Assembly: GCF_009914755.1 (NCBI RefSeq)
Contig: NC_060926.1
From: the human T2T-CHM13v2.0 reference genome, Homo sapiens
Direction: 5' to 3' (one strand)
DNA length: 64,000 nt
A model generated the notes under the pieces. It was given only the letters and a program-made list of their open reading frames with translations. It was not told the DNA's origin and ran no database searches. The position numbers were made by a program, and so were the translations under genes. Shown here in pieces: positions 45,651 through 62,953 of the stretch (within the stretch, counting starts at the first letter, position 1; each line of letters begins with the position of its first letter).

Positions 45651-46813
45651 GTGGTACTGTGTCTGCCTGTGAATGGAGGTCGCTGCCCTGGGGTCTTCTG
45701 GCCACTTCCCACACATCCTTTTTGGCATCTCCCCTTTCTGGGCAGCTTTTCTGAGCTCCTCGGTCTGCGTAGGGCCTCCTTTGGGCTCCCCGGCCACCTC
45801 ATGCCAACTCTGGCTTGTCTCCTACTGTGCACCCCATTATAATGGTCAGTCAGTTTATTGTCTTTAGACCTGGCTGTGGGCTCCTTGAGACCAGGCATCC
45901 TTGCCCAATAAAGATTATGGATTGAATGAATGGGTGAGTGAATGAACAACTGGTGTGATGGCCCAGCTGTCTGTTGTGTGTGACAGTGTGTGGCTATGGC
46001 TGGGTCACCATCAGGGTGTGAATGTCTGGTCAGAATTGTATGGCTTGAAGGGTAGGTCCCTGTGTGCCTGTGCATTTGGGAGGGGCCCCTTGGCCGGAGA
46101 CTGAGTTATGTTGTTTGGGTGACAAGCATCTGTCACTGTGGGCTATTGTGGTTCAGCTGTTGGTGGTCATGAGCCATGATTACTGCTGTGTGCCCATGTG
46201 GCTGTGAAGATGGGGCTAGGACCCAGGACAGCTCTCAGAGGAGGGAGCAGAGTTGGAGGAGAGCTTCTTGGGCCCCCGGAGGTGAGGAGGTACAGGGGAA
46301 AGCTTAGACAACACCCCCAACACACACATAGTGGGGGCCAGGCCCTTCCTGTGCGTCTTGAACCGCCCGCCACCCTGCCACACACACACACACACATACA
46401 CACACACGCCTACCCCACATGTACACATTTTATGGAGCCCCCAGCCATCAGAGTAAACCATTTCCCATTTGATTGGCAGAAATTTTGTAAGTTGTGCCTG
46501 AAGGAGAAAGGAAGGAGGTACTCCCTACCCCCACCCTCCCCACCAGCTGCAGCCCGGACACAGCCCCTTCTGCCTCCTGGAAGCTGGGCTGCCCCTCCTG
46601 CTCCCCTGGAAACCGTTGCTGGGGTTGGCGCCTCCAGGCCCAGACCCCTCCCAACTCCCAACACCTCTGCCCCAGAGCAGCTTCCCCCAGGCCCCAGGGC
46701 TGGGCCTCCCACTCCTGCCTTCTAAACCTGCTCTCTCAACCCCTCCAACCCTCAGCCATCACCCCTGTCACTGGGAGGATGAGGGGGCGTGGGGAGGGGG
46801 TGTCAAGGAGCTG

Positions 46814-46968
46814 CTTCTCTGAGATGGGGTTGGGGGTTTCTGGGGACTCCCCCCTCTCCTTCGAGGTCCCCTTGACAAGGCAGTGGGTGGCTTCTCTGAG
46901 ATGGGGTTGGGGGTTTCTGGGGACTCCCCCCCTCTCCTTCGAGGTCCCCTGAACAAGGCAGTGGGTGG
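46814..46968 (+). repeat. 77/78-bp tandem duplication in GAREM2 intron 1
   Basis: Units 46814-46890 and 46891-46968 differ only in C-run length and ~2 substitutions. Confidence 0.95.
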
Positions 46969-47564
46969 AAAGGAAGGGCTGCCCTTGGGAGAGGCAGTAA
47001 TCAGCTGCTCTAAGCCCTGTCATTCTCCTGACCTGAGCGACCCGTGGCTCTGGGGGAGCTCTCACAGCTGGGACCTTATAAGGGACAGTCCCGTCCGGGC
47101 CCTCTCCACTGCCCCAGTAGGGCCCTTCTTGCAGGGCCTAGGCCCTGACTGGGAAGCACAGCTCCAGCATCTCCTGCTCAATAAAGTCTCCCTTCGCCAC
47201 CCCACCCCCAGCTGGAGCCTACTGCTGCCCTCCGGGTCCCCAGACATACTCCAGTCAGTGCCTCAAACTTGCCTAGTCTCTGGTACATCTCTGCCCACCT
47301 CCCCAGGGGCCTAAGGGCTCCTGGAGGGCAGGGGCTGGTCTGGGCTCATCCATGGGGAGCTCCCCCTGCTCCAGCTTAGAGCCAGGGACAGCAGGCATTC
47401 CAGCCACTGATGAACGAGGGGCCCCGTCGGGAGTCACAGCCCTGAGAGGCTCACAGCCAGCCCCACAGCCCCAGGCCCCAGCTGGCAGCCCGCCTGTCCC
47501 TTGAGCTTTGCTGACCTGGACAGGGATTGTGTGGAGCTGTCCCTCAGGGGGGCGGTCTTGGTGA

Positions 47565-47831
<267 letters not shown>

Positions 47832-50029
47832 TAGGCAGGAGGGACTGGGGCCAGGGGTAGGGGGAACGCTGGGACTAGCGAGGCGGTGATTAGGGTTAGG
47901 GTTGGAGTCAGAGCGCAGCAGTTTTCATTCTGTTCTGTGGCACTCTGGGTTTCTGGAGAGGTGGCTCACAGGTTTTTTGATTCACATTTTATTTTAAAGT
48001 AGATTTGAAACTAATGATTAAAAAATACCCACACTCTTAAATTACTACACATCAGAGCTTAACCCTAATCAGAGGCCTTCAGGGTATACCTTCGGCTGCC
48101 ACGCTTAGCCATCTTTGTGCAGACCCTCCAAGAGAACATGTCCTGCCAGGACCTTTTCTGTACCGCGCAACCAAATACCGCAGAAACCAGCGAATGCCCA
48201 AGCTGGTTACATGGCTGCACCTCTCCGCGCTGATCCTGTTTTTCCCAATTTTTGCGTTAAACCTATTGTTTCCATTGGTTGACTTTATAAGTGAATATTA
48301 AAAATTTTAGACTTCTAAAGATTATGCTAATGGACTACCTTTATTAGTTTTATACGTGACGTTGACATATAATAAGATTTTGTTTGAAGAAAGGATTCTG
48401 TTACCAAAACAGAGTACAGCCCCTTCCTTTTACAGATGATGAAACGGAAGGCTTGGGGGAGGAGGTGACTTGCCCCGTGTCACACATCTAGGAAAGGAAG
48501 AGCCTGGCCAGATCCAGGTATCTCAACTGAGGGCTGGTGTCTGCTGCACTACACCAGGAGCGTGTGGTTGCTGTCCCCTGTGTGGGAGGGATGGGAGTCT
48601 GGTGGCCCCATCCCAGAGACGTCCCCGTGTGAGCCCCGGATCCCACATCTGCCATGTGTTAAGCATGTGCTGCATGCCATATGCTGGGCCGAACATTTTT
48701 GCCATTTCATCCTCATGGCAACCTGATGAGAAAGTCTTGTCAACTCCATTTAACTCACCAGGAAACTGAGGCTCCAGGAGTTTCAGTGGCTTGCCCAGTG
48801 CCATGTTTTTTATTTCATTTTTTGTGTTTTTAGAGATGGTCTCCTTATGTTGCCCAGGATGGTCTCAAACTCCTGGTCTCAATGAAGCCTCCTGCCTCAG
48901 TCTCCCAGAGTGCTGGGATTATAGGTGTGAGTCACTGGGCCAGGCCCAGTTCTGTGTGTGTGTGTGTGTTTTCTGTTGCTCAGGCTGGAGAGGAGAGGCG
49001 CCATCTTGGCTCACTGCCTCCGAGGTTCAAGGGATTCTCCTGCCTCGGCCTACCAAGTAGCTGGGATTACAGGTGCCTGCCACCACTCTCTGCTAATTTT
49101 TGTATTTTTAGTAGAGACAGGGTTTCACCATGTTGGCCAGGCTGGTCTCAAACTCCTGACCTCAAGTGATCCGGCCGCCTTGGCCTCCCAAAGTGCTGGA
49201 ATTACAGGTGTGAGCCACCAAACCCAGCCCAGTTCTGTGTTTTTAACTGCTGTGCCCAGCTGCTCCTGACAACCCCCTCACCAAGGCTGGGAAGGTCCCA
49301 TTGCTTCTTCACAGGTACCCCTGCCTCCTCTGGCCCTGGGTCTCCCTGAGCCAGGAGGACAGGACTGAGCCCTTTACAGAGGCTTCTGTCTTTTACAGCC
49401 TGTGAAGTTGGTACCTGTGTACTCCACCCCCCAAACCCTTAAAAGATGTGGAAACTCACTCAGATTTCTTTCTGACCTGGGGTTCTATCTTGGGCTTGGA
49501 GCCCACTGGGGGCCTGCTCAAGCTAGAAATTTCCAAGCTTGGTTCAGGGGGAGGTCCCAGGTCTTCTTGGGATAAAAAAAGCAAAAGTTGCCTGAGCAGT
49601 GGCTCTTATATGTAATCCTAGTGCTTTGCTGAGACAGGAGGCTCCTTTGAGGCCAGGAGTTCCAGGCCAGCCTGGGCAACATAGCGAGAACAAACAAAAA
49701 CAAAAACAAACAACCCCCCCCCCAACAACAAATAAATTAGCTAGGCGTGGTGGCGCAGGCCTGTAGTCTGGCTACTGGGGATACTGAAGCCAGGTGGGGG
49801 GGATCCCTTTAGTCCAGGAGGTTGAGCCTACAGTGAGTTATGATGGTACCCCTGCATTCCAGCCTGGGAGACAGAGCAAGATGGTGTTTCTAAAATAAAT
49901 AAAAATTAAAAATAAAAGAGAAAAAGAAAGGTTGGGAAAATCCCTCACTGAAAAAAACGTGATTTTAGGGACTTCATTTTGGTTGTGTCATTAAAACTCT
50001 GGGAACCCAAGGCACAGTCTCCCAGGGAA

Positions 50030-50580
50030 CCGTGGGTCCGGGGGCTCCTAGCTCTTCCTCCCATCTCTCTGGCGCCCCTGCGTGCCTGTGTACGGTGGTG
50101 GTCTTGGAGGGGTGGTGGTCTTGGGGGGCGCGGCCCCAGCCCCATCTTTTCGCGGGGCTGCTTCTGTCCGCCCGCACGGGGGAGGGGAGGAGGAGGCGGA
50201 GGAGGAGGCGGAGGCGGAGGCGGAGGCGGAGGCGGAGGCAGAGGCCCCTAGGAGGGCGAAGGCCGGCGGGTTAACGAGGAGGCGCTGAGTGCACGGCTGG
50301 GCTCCACGCTGATTTCTCCTAATGAATTAATAATGGCGCTCGGGCGGGCGGGGGTGGCCGGCTGCGGACCGCGGAGAGAGCCGAGGGGAAGGCCGTGGAG
50401 GGAGGAGGACGGCGACTCGCGCCGGGTGGGGCTGAAGGCACTGCGGGGTGACTCGGTCTCCAGGCTGCGGCGCTCTGCTCCGGGAGTCAGGGAGACCTGG
50501 CCTGGCCCCGTACTGTCCCCCGTCCCAGCCCCCGCCCCTGGCCCTGCGGGAGGGGCCAGGCGTCTTCCCTGAGCATGGTG
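50030..50580. promoter_or_regulatory. Intronic CpG island in GAREM2 intron 2 with (GGAGGC)n repeat
   Basis: CpG-rich block, GGAGGC/GGA repeat at 50181-50245, TAAT cluster at 50320-50335. Confidence 0.7.
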
Positions 50581-51840
50581 CCACTTCCCCAGTGTTGGCC
50601 TTGTTTCCTGCTCAGCATTTGGCAGATGCGCCTCTGGCCCAACTAGGATGTTTCCATTTTACAGACGGGAAATCCGAAGCCCAGAGAGATTAAATAATTT
50701 GCCCAAGGTCACACAGCTGGCTAGTGGCAGGGTGGGATTCAGCCAGATTTGTCGCACTCCAAAGCCTGAGCTTTTACCCACGTTCTTTACTGAGTGTGTG
50801 CTGTGGGGCAGGCATGGAGAAGGGTGGTCAGCAATCCCCTGCCACAGCCCTCAGGTGCTTGGGGCTGGAAGGGAGGAGCGAGGCAGCCATGTGCTCTGAG
50901 GGCAAGGACAAGGAGGAGGGGCAGGTCAGGATGGAGCAGGTCCTTAGAGCCGTGGGGGACCTCAGGTTCCATACAGGGGGAGGCAGGAGAGGAAGCCGCC
51001 CCTGGGCTGGCGGGGAGGAAAAGGCTTCCAGGGTCCAGAGCATCACTCCCTGGAGGCCTCCCTTCCTTCCTCCCGCAGTAATGACCGGCGCTGGGCTTCA
51101 GGCTGCCGCGGAGGGGGATGGTGCTGGATGCCATGGTTACATCGATCTTTCCTGCCACATCCTCCCCCAGCTCCAGCCCTGACTTGGCTCCAAGTCGCCC
51201 CACAGGGGGCAGTGGGCATTGCTCCCTGCCTGGCTACTTGTGGTTGGGGCAGGGGCGGGGGTGGGGGTTGTGTGTGGACTTGGGGGAGGAGGCGGGAGTG
51301 AGGGGAGGGGGCTACTCAGTGCCTGCAGTTCCTGCTTCCCAAGTCCTAGACCCCTGCTTCTTGCCTGCCCCCCTCCACATTTTTCCTCTGTTGCCCTCTA
51401 GGGCTGTGGCACTTCAGAGGCCTCTTCCCAGGAGGGTCCCAGGGCGGGGAGGGCAGGCCTGGGGGCTCCCCCGCCAGCGTTCTCCTAGTCATTTCCCCTT
51501 GTTCTGGGCTCTCATTTCTCTCCCTGCTCCGTGATGATGCTTCAGGCCCTGACCTCTGCTCCTCTAACCCTGCACCATGGGTGTCTTCATCTGGGTCTCT
51601 CGCTGGGTTTAGGGGTCTCCAGGAACCCCCAGCACTGAACACACAATTGTGTGTGTGTTCATGCTAGGAGCACAGTGTGGGCATTTTTCTGGGATGAACA
51701 TCCCCAAAGGGTCAAGCCCCCTGCTCTTCCTCTTCCCTGAGCCATCTCACTTGCCTCACAGCCGAGGCTGCCACCTGTGGGCTGGTGACCTTCAGTCTAT
51801 TTCACTGGCCAGTCTATTTCACTGGTGGCACCCACCCTAG

Positions 51841-52186
<346 letters not shown>

Positions 52187-52923
52187 TGATCTGCCCACTT
52201 TGGCCTCCCAAAGTGCTGGGTTACAAGCATGAGCCACCGTGCCTGGCCTGCCATCTCCATTTCTGACCAGGCTGGTGGCCTGAGTACATCATCCTGAGTC
52301 CCTTCCTTCCCCACCTCCCCCTTCTTCTGTCACCCAAGCCTGCTGGGTCTCCCTTCCCAGTATCTCTTGGTCTGTTTCTGCTATTCCCTAGCTCTTCTCC
52401 AGAACCCCTTACTGGTTTGTTTACCTGACTGGTCTCCCGGTTATTTTAATAGAGCTGAACCTGGATCATGGTATTTCTTTGCTCGAAACACTCCAGTGGG
52501 TCTCATGTTGTACAGAATAAAGCTTTACTGCTTTAGCAAGGCATTCAGAGCCTTTCAAATCCCAGTTGCTGTCTGCATCCCCTCCTGTCCTCCCTCTCCC
52601 TAAGTCCTTCCCTGCAGGCACGCACCATCTGGGGCAGGTGGTCTGCTTTTGTGTCTCTGTGTCTGTGTTTACAGTGTTTCTTCTACAGGGAATGCCCATT
52701 CTGTGAATTCCCTTTGATTCTTAAGGTGCAGCTCAGTGATCCTCTCAGATTCCGCCAGGCAGGTTTTGCCTACCTAGCCGTCTTGTAACTCTTTTGTCAC
52801 AAGTCTGTTGTAGCACTTATCACATCCTGCCACCATTGGGTACTCATCGTCTCACCCATTATATCTGGATTTCTTTAAGGGCAGACTGTATTTTACACAG
52901 ATTTGTACCCTCTGTGTGGCCTA

Positions 52924-53334
<411 letters not shown>

Positions 53335-54213
53335 TCACCTTGTCTTCTCTCGACTTGTTCCCTCACCTATTCATGGCTCTCTTCCTACTGTATAAAGCTT
53401 GAGAAGAGGCCATCCATCAGATGCCAGGGCGGCTCAGAGCTTGTTTTGTGCTCATGTGGGTATGCATATAACAGGTGTGTGGCCAGTGAGGTGAGAGAGC
53501 TTACACAGGGATGTCAGCTTCACAGACTGGCAATCACTTCCGTAAAGTCTGTGTCTCCTAGGGGCATGTGCTGAGCTTGGCAAAGCACGCAGCCCCAGAC
53601 TGCAGGTTGGGAAGGCCTACTCTCAGGGAGGTGGCTTTGCTGGGTTCAGGTCAGAGCCTCTGGGAGAGTAGGATTGGATATTGGACCAGGGCAGGGTGTG
53701 GGAACAGAGCTGGGGTCAGAGTGGTTCTCCCAGGGCCTTCAAGGGCTGGGCCAGGCCCTGGTTGGCCCAGTGCCACCTCCATGCGGATCAGCAGCCCAGG
53801 GCGATGCACAGGATGCCAGATCCAGGTAGGGCCCATGATCATCTGTCCCTACCCCCTCAGATGAGGACCCAGAGGCCCAGAGAGGGAAAGGAACTTGTCA
53901 CGGCAAGTCAGAGGTCAGGCTGGGACAGAGCAAGGAGCCAGCATCCCGGTACCACACTGATAGTTGATCAGAGGCCAGCTGTGTCCACATGTTTGGGGCT
54001 ATTTGCAGTTGGGTTTCTCTGGGCAGGCAGCCGCTAGCCTCACTGCATACCCACAGGCTCTCTATGGGGGGAGGGCTGGGCTATAGTTGCTAGGGATCTG
54101 TGCTCACCTTGCTGAGGCTGGAGCCAGATGACCAGCCCCCTTCAGCCCATGCCAGTGGAAACCTGCCCTTTGGCCCTCCTGAGTTCCTGAGGGGCTGGCC
54201 GAGATTATGGTAG

Positions 54214-54624
<411 letters not shown>

Positions 54625-54703
54625 TGAAAGGTAGTGAAGCAGGAGCGGGTGTCTGGAAGGGTCATGTTCTGACTTGGAGACTTTTCAGGGCAACCTGTCC
54701 CTA

Positions 54704-54940
<237 letters not shown>

Positions 54941-55398
54941 CTAGCTACTTGGGAGGCTGAGGCGGGAGGACTGTTGCCAGGAGTTTGAGGCTGCACTGAG
55001 CTGTGAATGTGCCACTGCCCTCCAGCCTGGGAGACAGAGCAAGACCCTGTCTCAAACAAACAAACAAACAAAAACAACTAAAAGCAGTCCCTGCTATGTA
55101 CAGATAGTGCTGTTCTGTTTACAAACCCTTTTCTTATCCATCAATTCATTTCTCTTCACTTAGCCTTGTTGGATGGGTAGGGCATTATGATCGCCCAAAT
55201 GGTAAAGACAATGATGATAAAAGTCGCCATTTACTGCATACTTTAAAATATGTTGCTGATCCAAGTAGTGGGGAAGAAAAGAAAAATATGTCACTGCACA
55301 GTCTTTTTAATCCTACAGCAGTTCTTCGAAGTAAGAGTTATCAGATATGGTCGCTAAGGCGTGGAGGGGCAACTCATTTAAGGTGGCACAGCTGCTAG

Positions 55399-56844
<1,446 letters not shown>

Positions 56845-57516
56845 TGAGAGGAGCCCCGAAGCACTGTTACCCAGAAGGTACCACAGAACAGGGGTCCTTT
56901 AAGTTGTTGCGTGAAAAGAAGGTTCCTTGGCGAAGTAAGCTTAGAAATGCTGTGAATGATTCCCAGCCCTTTTTCCCTCCTCATATTGGAGTCACAGAGC
57001 ATTGGTAGATTAAAGGCTCTGAGAAGTCCTGCACTAAGGAATCCTGTTTATCAGAACATTTTCTCCCTGCCCGTAACACCCGTCAGCATCCCATGGAGTC
57101 CTCTTTGGGGTACACGACTTGTAGGGAGGGATGCAGGTGGCAGACGCTTCCTTCCCTCTGTCCCTTCGGCTTTCCTTTGTCCTCTGCTTTCTCTCCTTTT
57201 CCTTGAGGAGGGAGCACGTCTGCTTAACCTGTTTTGATCTACCTTTGTGTTCTTTTTCTTAACATCCATGATGGATTTCCAAGGAACAGGAAGGAGGCTG
57301 TGGGACAGGGTGTGGGTGCGTGAGATAGGCTGGGAAGGCTAGGAAGGGTGGGGTGGCTGGCTGACTGGATGAGCAGTTGGGGTGCAAGGCAGCCTATTGG
57401 CAAAGTGGGGCAAATGTCAGGCCCAGACAGCCCCCTCGCCCAGCTGCTTGGGAAGGGGAAGATAAGGAGTGCCAGCTGTTTGGAGTCGAGGTGGAGTCAC
57501 CGCCCTCTGCTTGTAG

Positions 57517-57687
<171 letters not shown>

Positions 57688-58142
57688 TGAGTCCCTGCCT
57701 TCCCTTGGTCCTGAGTTCTAAGGTAGATCAAGGCAGGGAAGGGTGAGGAGGGGGAACTACAGTGCTGAGGAAGAGGAAGTCTTGAGGCCTGGGAGATTCC
57801 CGAGGGTGCAGCTCCCTGTGCAGTGGCTCAGGGATTGGCACTGCTGTCTGGGTGTCTTGGGGCCTGGGGCCCAGTGGCCTGTTCTGCCCACTTCAGCTTC
57901 TTTCTCTCTTAAATGTTGAGGAACGGATGGGAGCATTGCCCTGGTCCCCTCAAGGTGGGGACTTTGCTGCAGGATAGAGAGAAGAGAGCTCCTTGCTGTT
58001 TTGAAATTTTGATTAAGTTCAGGCCAGGTGCGGTGGCTGATGCCGGTAATCCCAGCACTTTGGGAGGCCGAGTTGGGTGAATCACTTGAGGTCAGGAGTT
58101 CAAGACCAGCCTGGCTAACATGGCGAAACTCCATGTCTTCTA

Positions 58143-58332
<190 letters not shown>

Positions 58333-58496
58333 TTATTAATTTCAGTTTCGTTTCATTTTTCCCCTGTGTTTTCTGACCTGGGCTGGGGGATGCTGGAAGG
58401 AAGAACACAGCCATTCCGGAGGGTCTTGGGCTGGGGCTGGGGTGCAGGCCCGTGTTGCTGAGGTCATAGTGGTGCTTGGTTGCAATGCATGTGTGA

Positions 58497-59585
<1,089 letters not shown>

Positions 59586-60980
59586 ACTGCCCAGCTGGAG
59601 CTGCACAGCTGGAATGCTGGTATGGGGGCCCCAGGTACAGCACTCCGGAGGAGCAGGTGCTGCCTGCAAGAAGGATCTATGTCGAGACTGAGGCTGCTCA
59701 GCAGCCACTGGGTGGATCCAGGGGAGATGCATGTGGAAATGTGGTCCTCTGGGGTCAGACCCCTGCACGGGACATCTTGCCTTTGAGTGTGCAGAGTACA
59801 TGGGGAAGGGGCTGGGGGCACCACTGTGTACCTGGGCCCAGTAAGGCATTTGCCGTGATTCCCACAACGGGGTCAAAAGCTGGCCTTCAGGGTGACCTAA
59901 CACCACCTCATGCCCTGCTATAGACCTTCACAAACGACTTCCACTGCTGAAGCCTGTAGGCTCTGTTTAGAGACAAGAAGATGGCTGGTAATTTAAGCAC
60001 CGATTTCCCAAGTGCCCACTCTCCTTTGTGCTCTGTTGGCTTTTGGCCTAAAGCTGCCCCAGAGTGAGGGTGTAGATGTCTGTGTCTGTGAGATGCCTTT
60101 CCCTTCCCCCTCTGCTCCACCGTGGTTGAGGGGGGTGGGGCCTGGCCCCGCACACAGGTGAGTCGTGTACAAGCCTAACCCATGGCACCTCAGAGGCTCC
60201 ACCTGTGGGTCCTGGTTCATGGGTGACAACTTTGGAAGAGCACAGCTCTGCAATTGACCCGACCCACTTATCTAGTTAGGAAGCCAGACACTGCCCAGAT
60301 GACTCTAGCACCCTGGCTTCTGCTCTGACTTTACTGCAGCTAGTCATCCATCTGTCAGGTGGCGTTCAGTCTCAGAATACTGATTCCGTGGAAGAGCAGG
60401 TTGATTTAGGTCAGCTTCTCCTTGATTCTAGAAGCAAGCGGTAGTCAACCACCTCCAATTCCGCCAATCTCTTGCCCCCATCATTTGTCTCTGACAATAC
60501 TTGGTGTTTTTCCCTGGTTTTCTGTCACTGGCACAGGAGGGTACAGTTGGGAGAGTGCGTTCCTGGAGCTCAGTCCTGCATTTGTTCACGTGCCTCACAG
60601 CAGGCCTTTGTGCCCTTGAATCTCAAACATGGGGATCTGCTTGGTACCCAGAGCTCTGGTCATTGTGTCCAACCACACACCCCACCCCATCCGTGTCCTC
60701 CATCTCACCCAGAACCACAGGGTGCCCACTAGTGTCAGGGCCCAAAGTGCCAGCCTTCTCTTCTGCCTTACCTAGTCTACCTATTTATTTCCTCCACTTT
60801 TTATCTTAAAAGTAGCTAAGCCATGCTGGTGCCCATACTCCAAGCAGGCTGCCTCAGCTCAGAGAAGTGGTCAGAGAGTAGAGCACAGAACCTGTGATGT
60901 GGGGACATTTGGTTTTCTTGCAGATCATTTAATGAATCCTCAAGGACTAATGAAATAAATGCTAGACTGCTGAAGATGAG
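59586..60980 (+). other. GAREM2: GAREM2 3'UTR with poly(A) signal AATAAA at 60954-60959 (end approximate)
   Basis: First canonical AATAAA found after the stop codon. Confidence 0.75.
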
Positions 60981-61949
60981 TACAAGTGGCATTCTGGGTG
61001 CCAGCTGCTTTCTTCTTTTGAAAAGGCCATGGGGACCCATGGGCACAGTGTATATGCCTTCTGGCAGGAGAGGACTGATGGAGGAATGATGTGTGTGTGT
61101 GGCCATTCCCATGTCTGTGGAGGCGGCTGGTGGCAGCCTTCATTCCCTTCTGCAGGGCCCTCGCCAGCCCCTCCCTACCCTTCAAGAACCCCCACCCCAG
61201 CTTCCACTAGTTTCAACATAATTCACACCTACCTGGTGTTACTGAAGGGAAAGACCCAGGCTCAAAGCTGAATGCCACCAGCCAGGGCCCAAGCTTAGCT
61301 TCCTGCATTGGCAGAATGCCGGCTTCAGGCTCTCTCAGACCAAATTTGGAAACCGGTTAATGGCTTTGGTGCAAGGGATCAGCTCCCTACTCTGGTCATC
61401 TGAAAACCTCAACTCAGAGGTGACTTGGTTTTAGAGTCTGGCTTCCTAGTGACCAAGCAGAGCCAGACCTGATCTCCTTGCCTGCCAGTCCCAGCTACAG
61501 AGCTGGGACCAGGGACATATTTGAAGTACAACTGGAGCAGAGGCAGGAGTAACTGGTAATATCTGACAATTTAGAATGCAGAATGTGATGGGACTGGAAT
61601 TACGATTCCGCACACACTCAGCGTGGATCCTTCTGCCAGACCCAGTTAGCCCCAGTGCTGTTTACCCAGACTGGGCACTGCTTCTGTAGGAACTTTCCAT
61701 CCCAGGGGGTGGGGTGGGGAGGGGCTGAAGCTTTGGGGGAGTGCAGGTGCTGTGGGGGTCAGCACTCCTCATGCTGCTCCCGTGCTGCCTGATTACCGCA
61801 CAGGCATTTCTGGGGCAGCCCTGCTATGCAGGATCTCCGAACATCAAGGGAGATGTCAGCGCCTCTGCTTAGCACCAACGTTCCCACAACCATCCCAAGA
61901 AGCACCTATGAATGAGGCACACCCAGAAAAGAAATGGGTAAGATCACAC

Positions 61950-62574
61950 AATGAGGAAATCCAGGCTGGGGAAAGAGGTTTAATATCCCGGTACACCGTG
62001 GTGAGAAGCCTGGGCAAAGCATCTGCACAGACAGGTGTGTGTGGTTGAGCCCACCAGGTCCCACTTTCTCTCATCCCAGTCCCTCCCTAAGGTGCTGCCT
62101 AGAATTCTGCACACACATTCTTACTCCCCCAAAGCACAGGGCTTTCTTCCAGATTGCTTTTTGAAGGAGGCGTTTAAACCAGAAGGGCAAAGATGCTGAC
62201 ACAGAGTTTGGTTTTTATTGTTATGTGTTTGGCTGGGTGCAGAACTGCCCTCACCACCCCTGGCCACCCTGGCCTCTTGGGAGGAACAGGCAGAGAGGTG
62301 GCTTCAGATGGCTCTTGGCTGCCACTCTAGGCCTCGGGGCTTATACAATGAGCAGTGGGCTCTACCTTCCAATAGGAAGTGCAAACTAATTCGAAGTCAC
62401 ACTTCACCAGGAGGGAGAGATGGTCTTGGCTGAAGGCACTTTAATCAGGGAGCAAACCCAGTGCCGGAGTTTGTCTTCTCGTTACTCTGATAAATCTAGA
62501 CACCACTCTGTTGGAGAACCAGCACTGCCGGCAGCTGGGGTTAGTGCACTGACTGAGCGAGGCATGAGGCCTGC
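61950..62574 (-). other. HADHA: HADHA 3'UTR with two poly(A) signals (end approximate)
   Basis: AATAAA (plus-strand tttatt 62214-62219) and ATTAAA (tttaat 61979-61984). Confidence 0.75.
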
Positions 62575-62720
62575 TCACTGGTAGAACTTCTTGTTAGGGC
62601 TGTTAGCATGGTCAGCTAGCAGCTGGCATGGGGTGAACTGTTTTCCATAGGCAGCTTCATATTTCTTGAGCCGGTCCACTATCTTCTGGGCGCCATACAG
62701 ATCCACAAAGCGGAAAGGCC
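62575..62720 (-). CDS. HADHA: HADHA last coding exon ([48 protein letters not shown])
   Basis: Matches the C-terminus of the trifunctional enzyme alpha subunit. Acceptor attcag| at 62722-62721, TGA at 62577-62575. Confidence 0.97.
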
Positions 62721-62807
62721 CTGAATAGAGAAAGAGGACTTCGTTGAAGGAGACGCAACACGGGCTCCAGGCTAAAGTGAGCTTCCTTCCCAACCTGCGA
62801 GACCAAC

Positions 62808-62953
62808 CTCCCAGACAAGGCGGGAAGCCAAGCCCAAAGACGGCTCCGATGTCTCCCTCTGCAGGTGTGGCCAAGATCCCCTCTTGCAGGCACATGACTG
62901 CCTCATTCACAAATCTTGTCACCAGGCGGAACTGGATGTCTTCGTCTGATGAG
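62808..62953 (-). CDS. HADHA: HADHA penultimate exon ([48 protein letters not shown])
   Basis: Acceptor ggcag|, donor GAG|gttggt, 146 nt. Confidence 0.96.
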
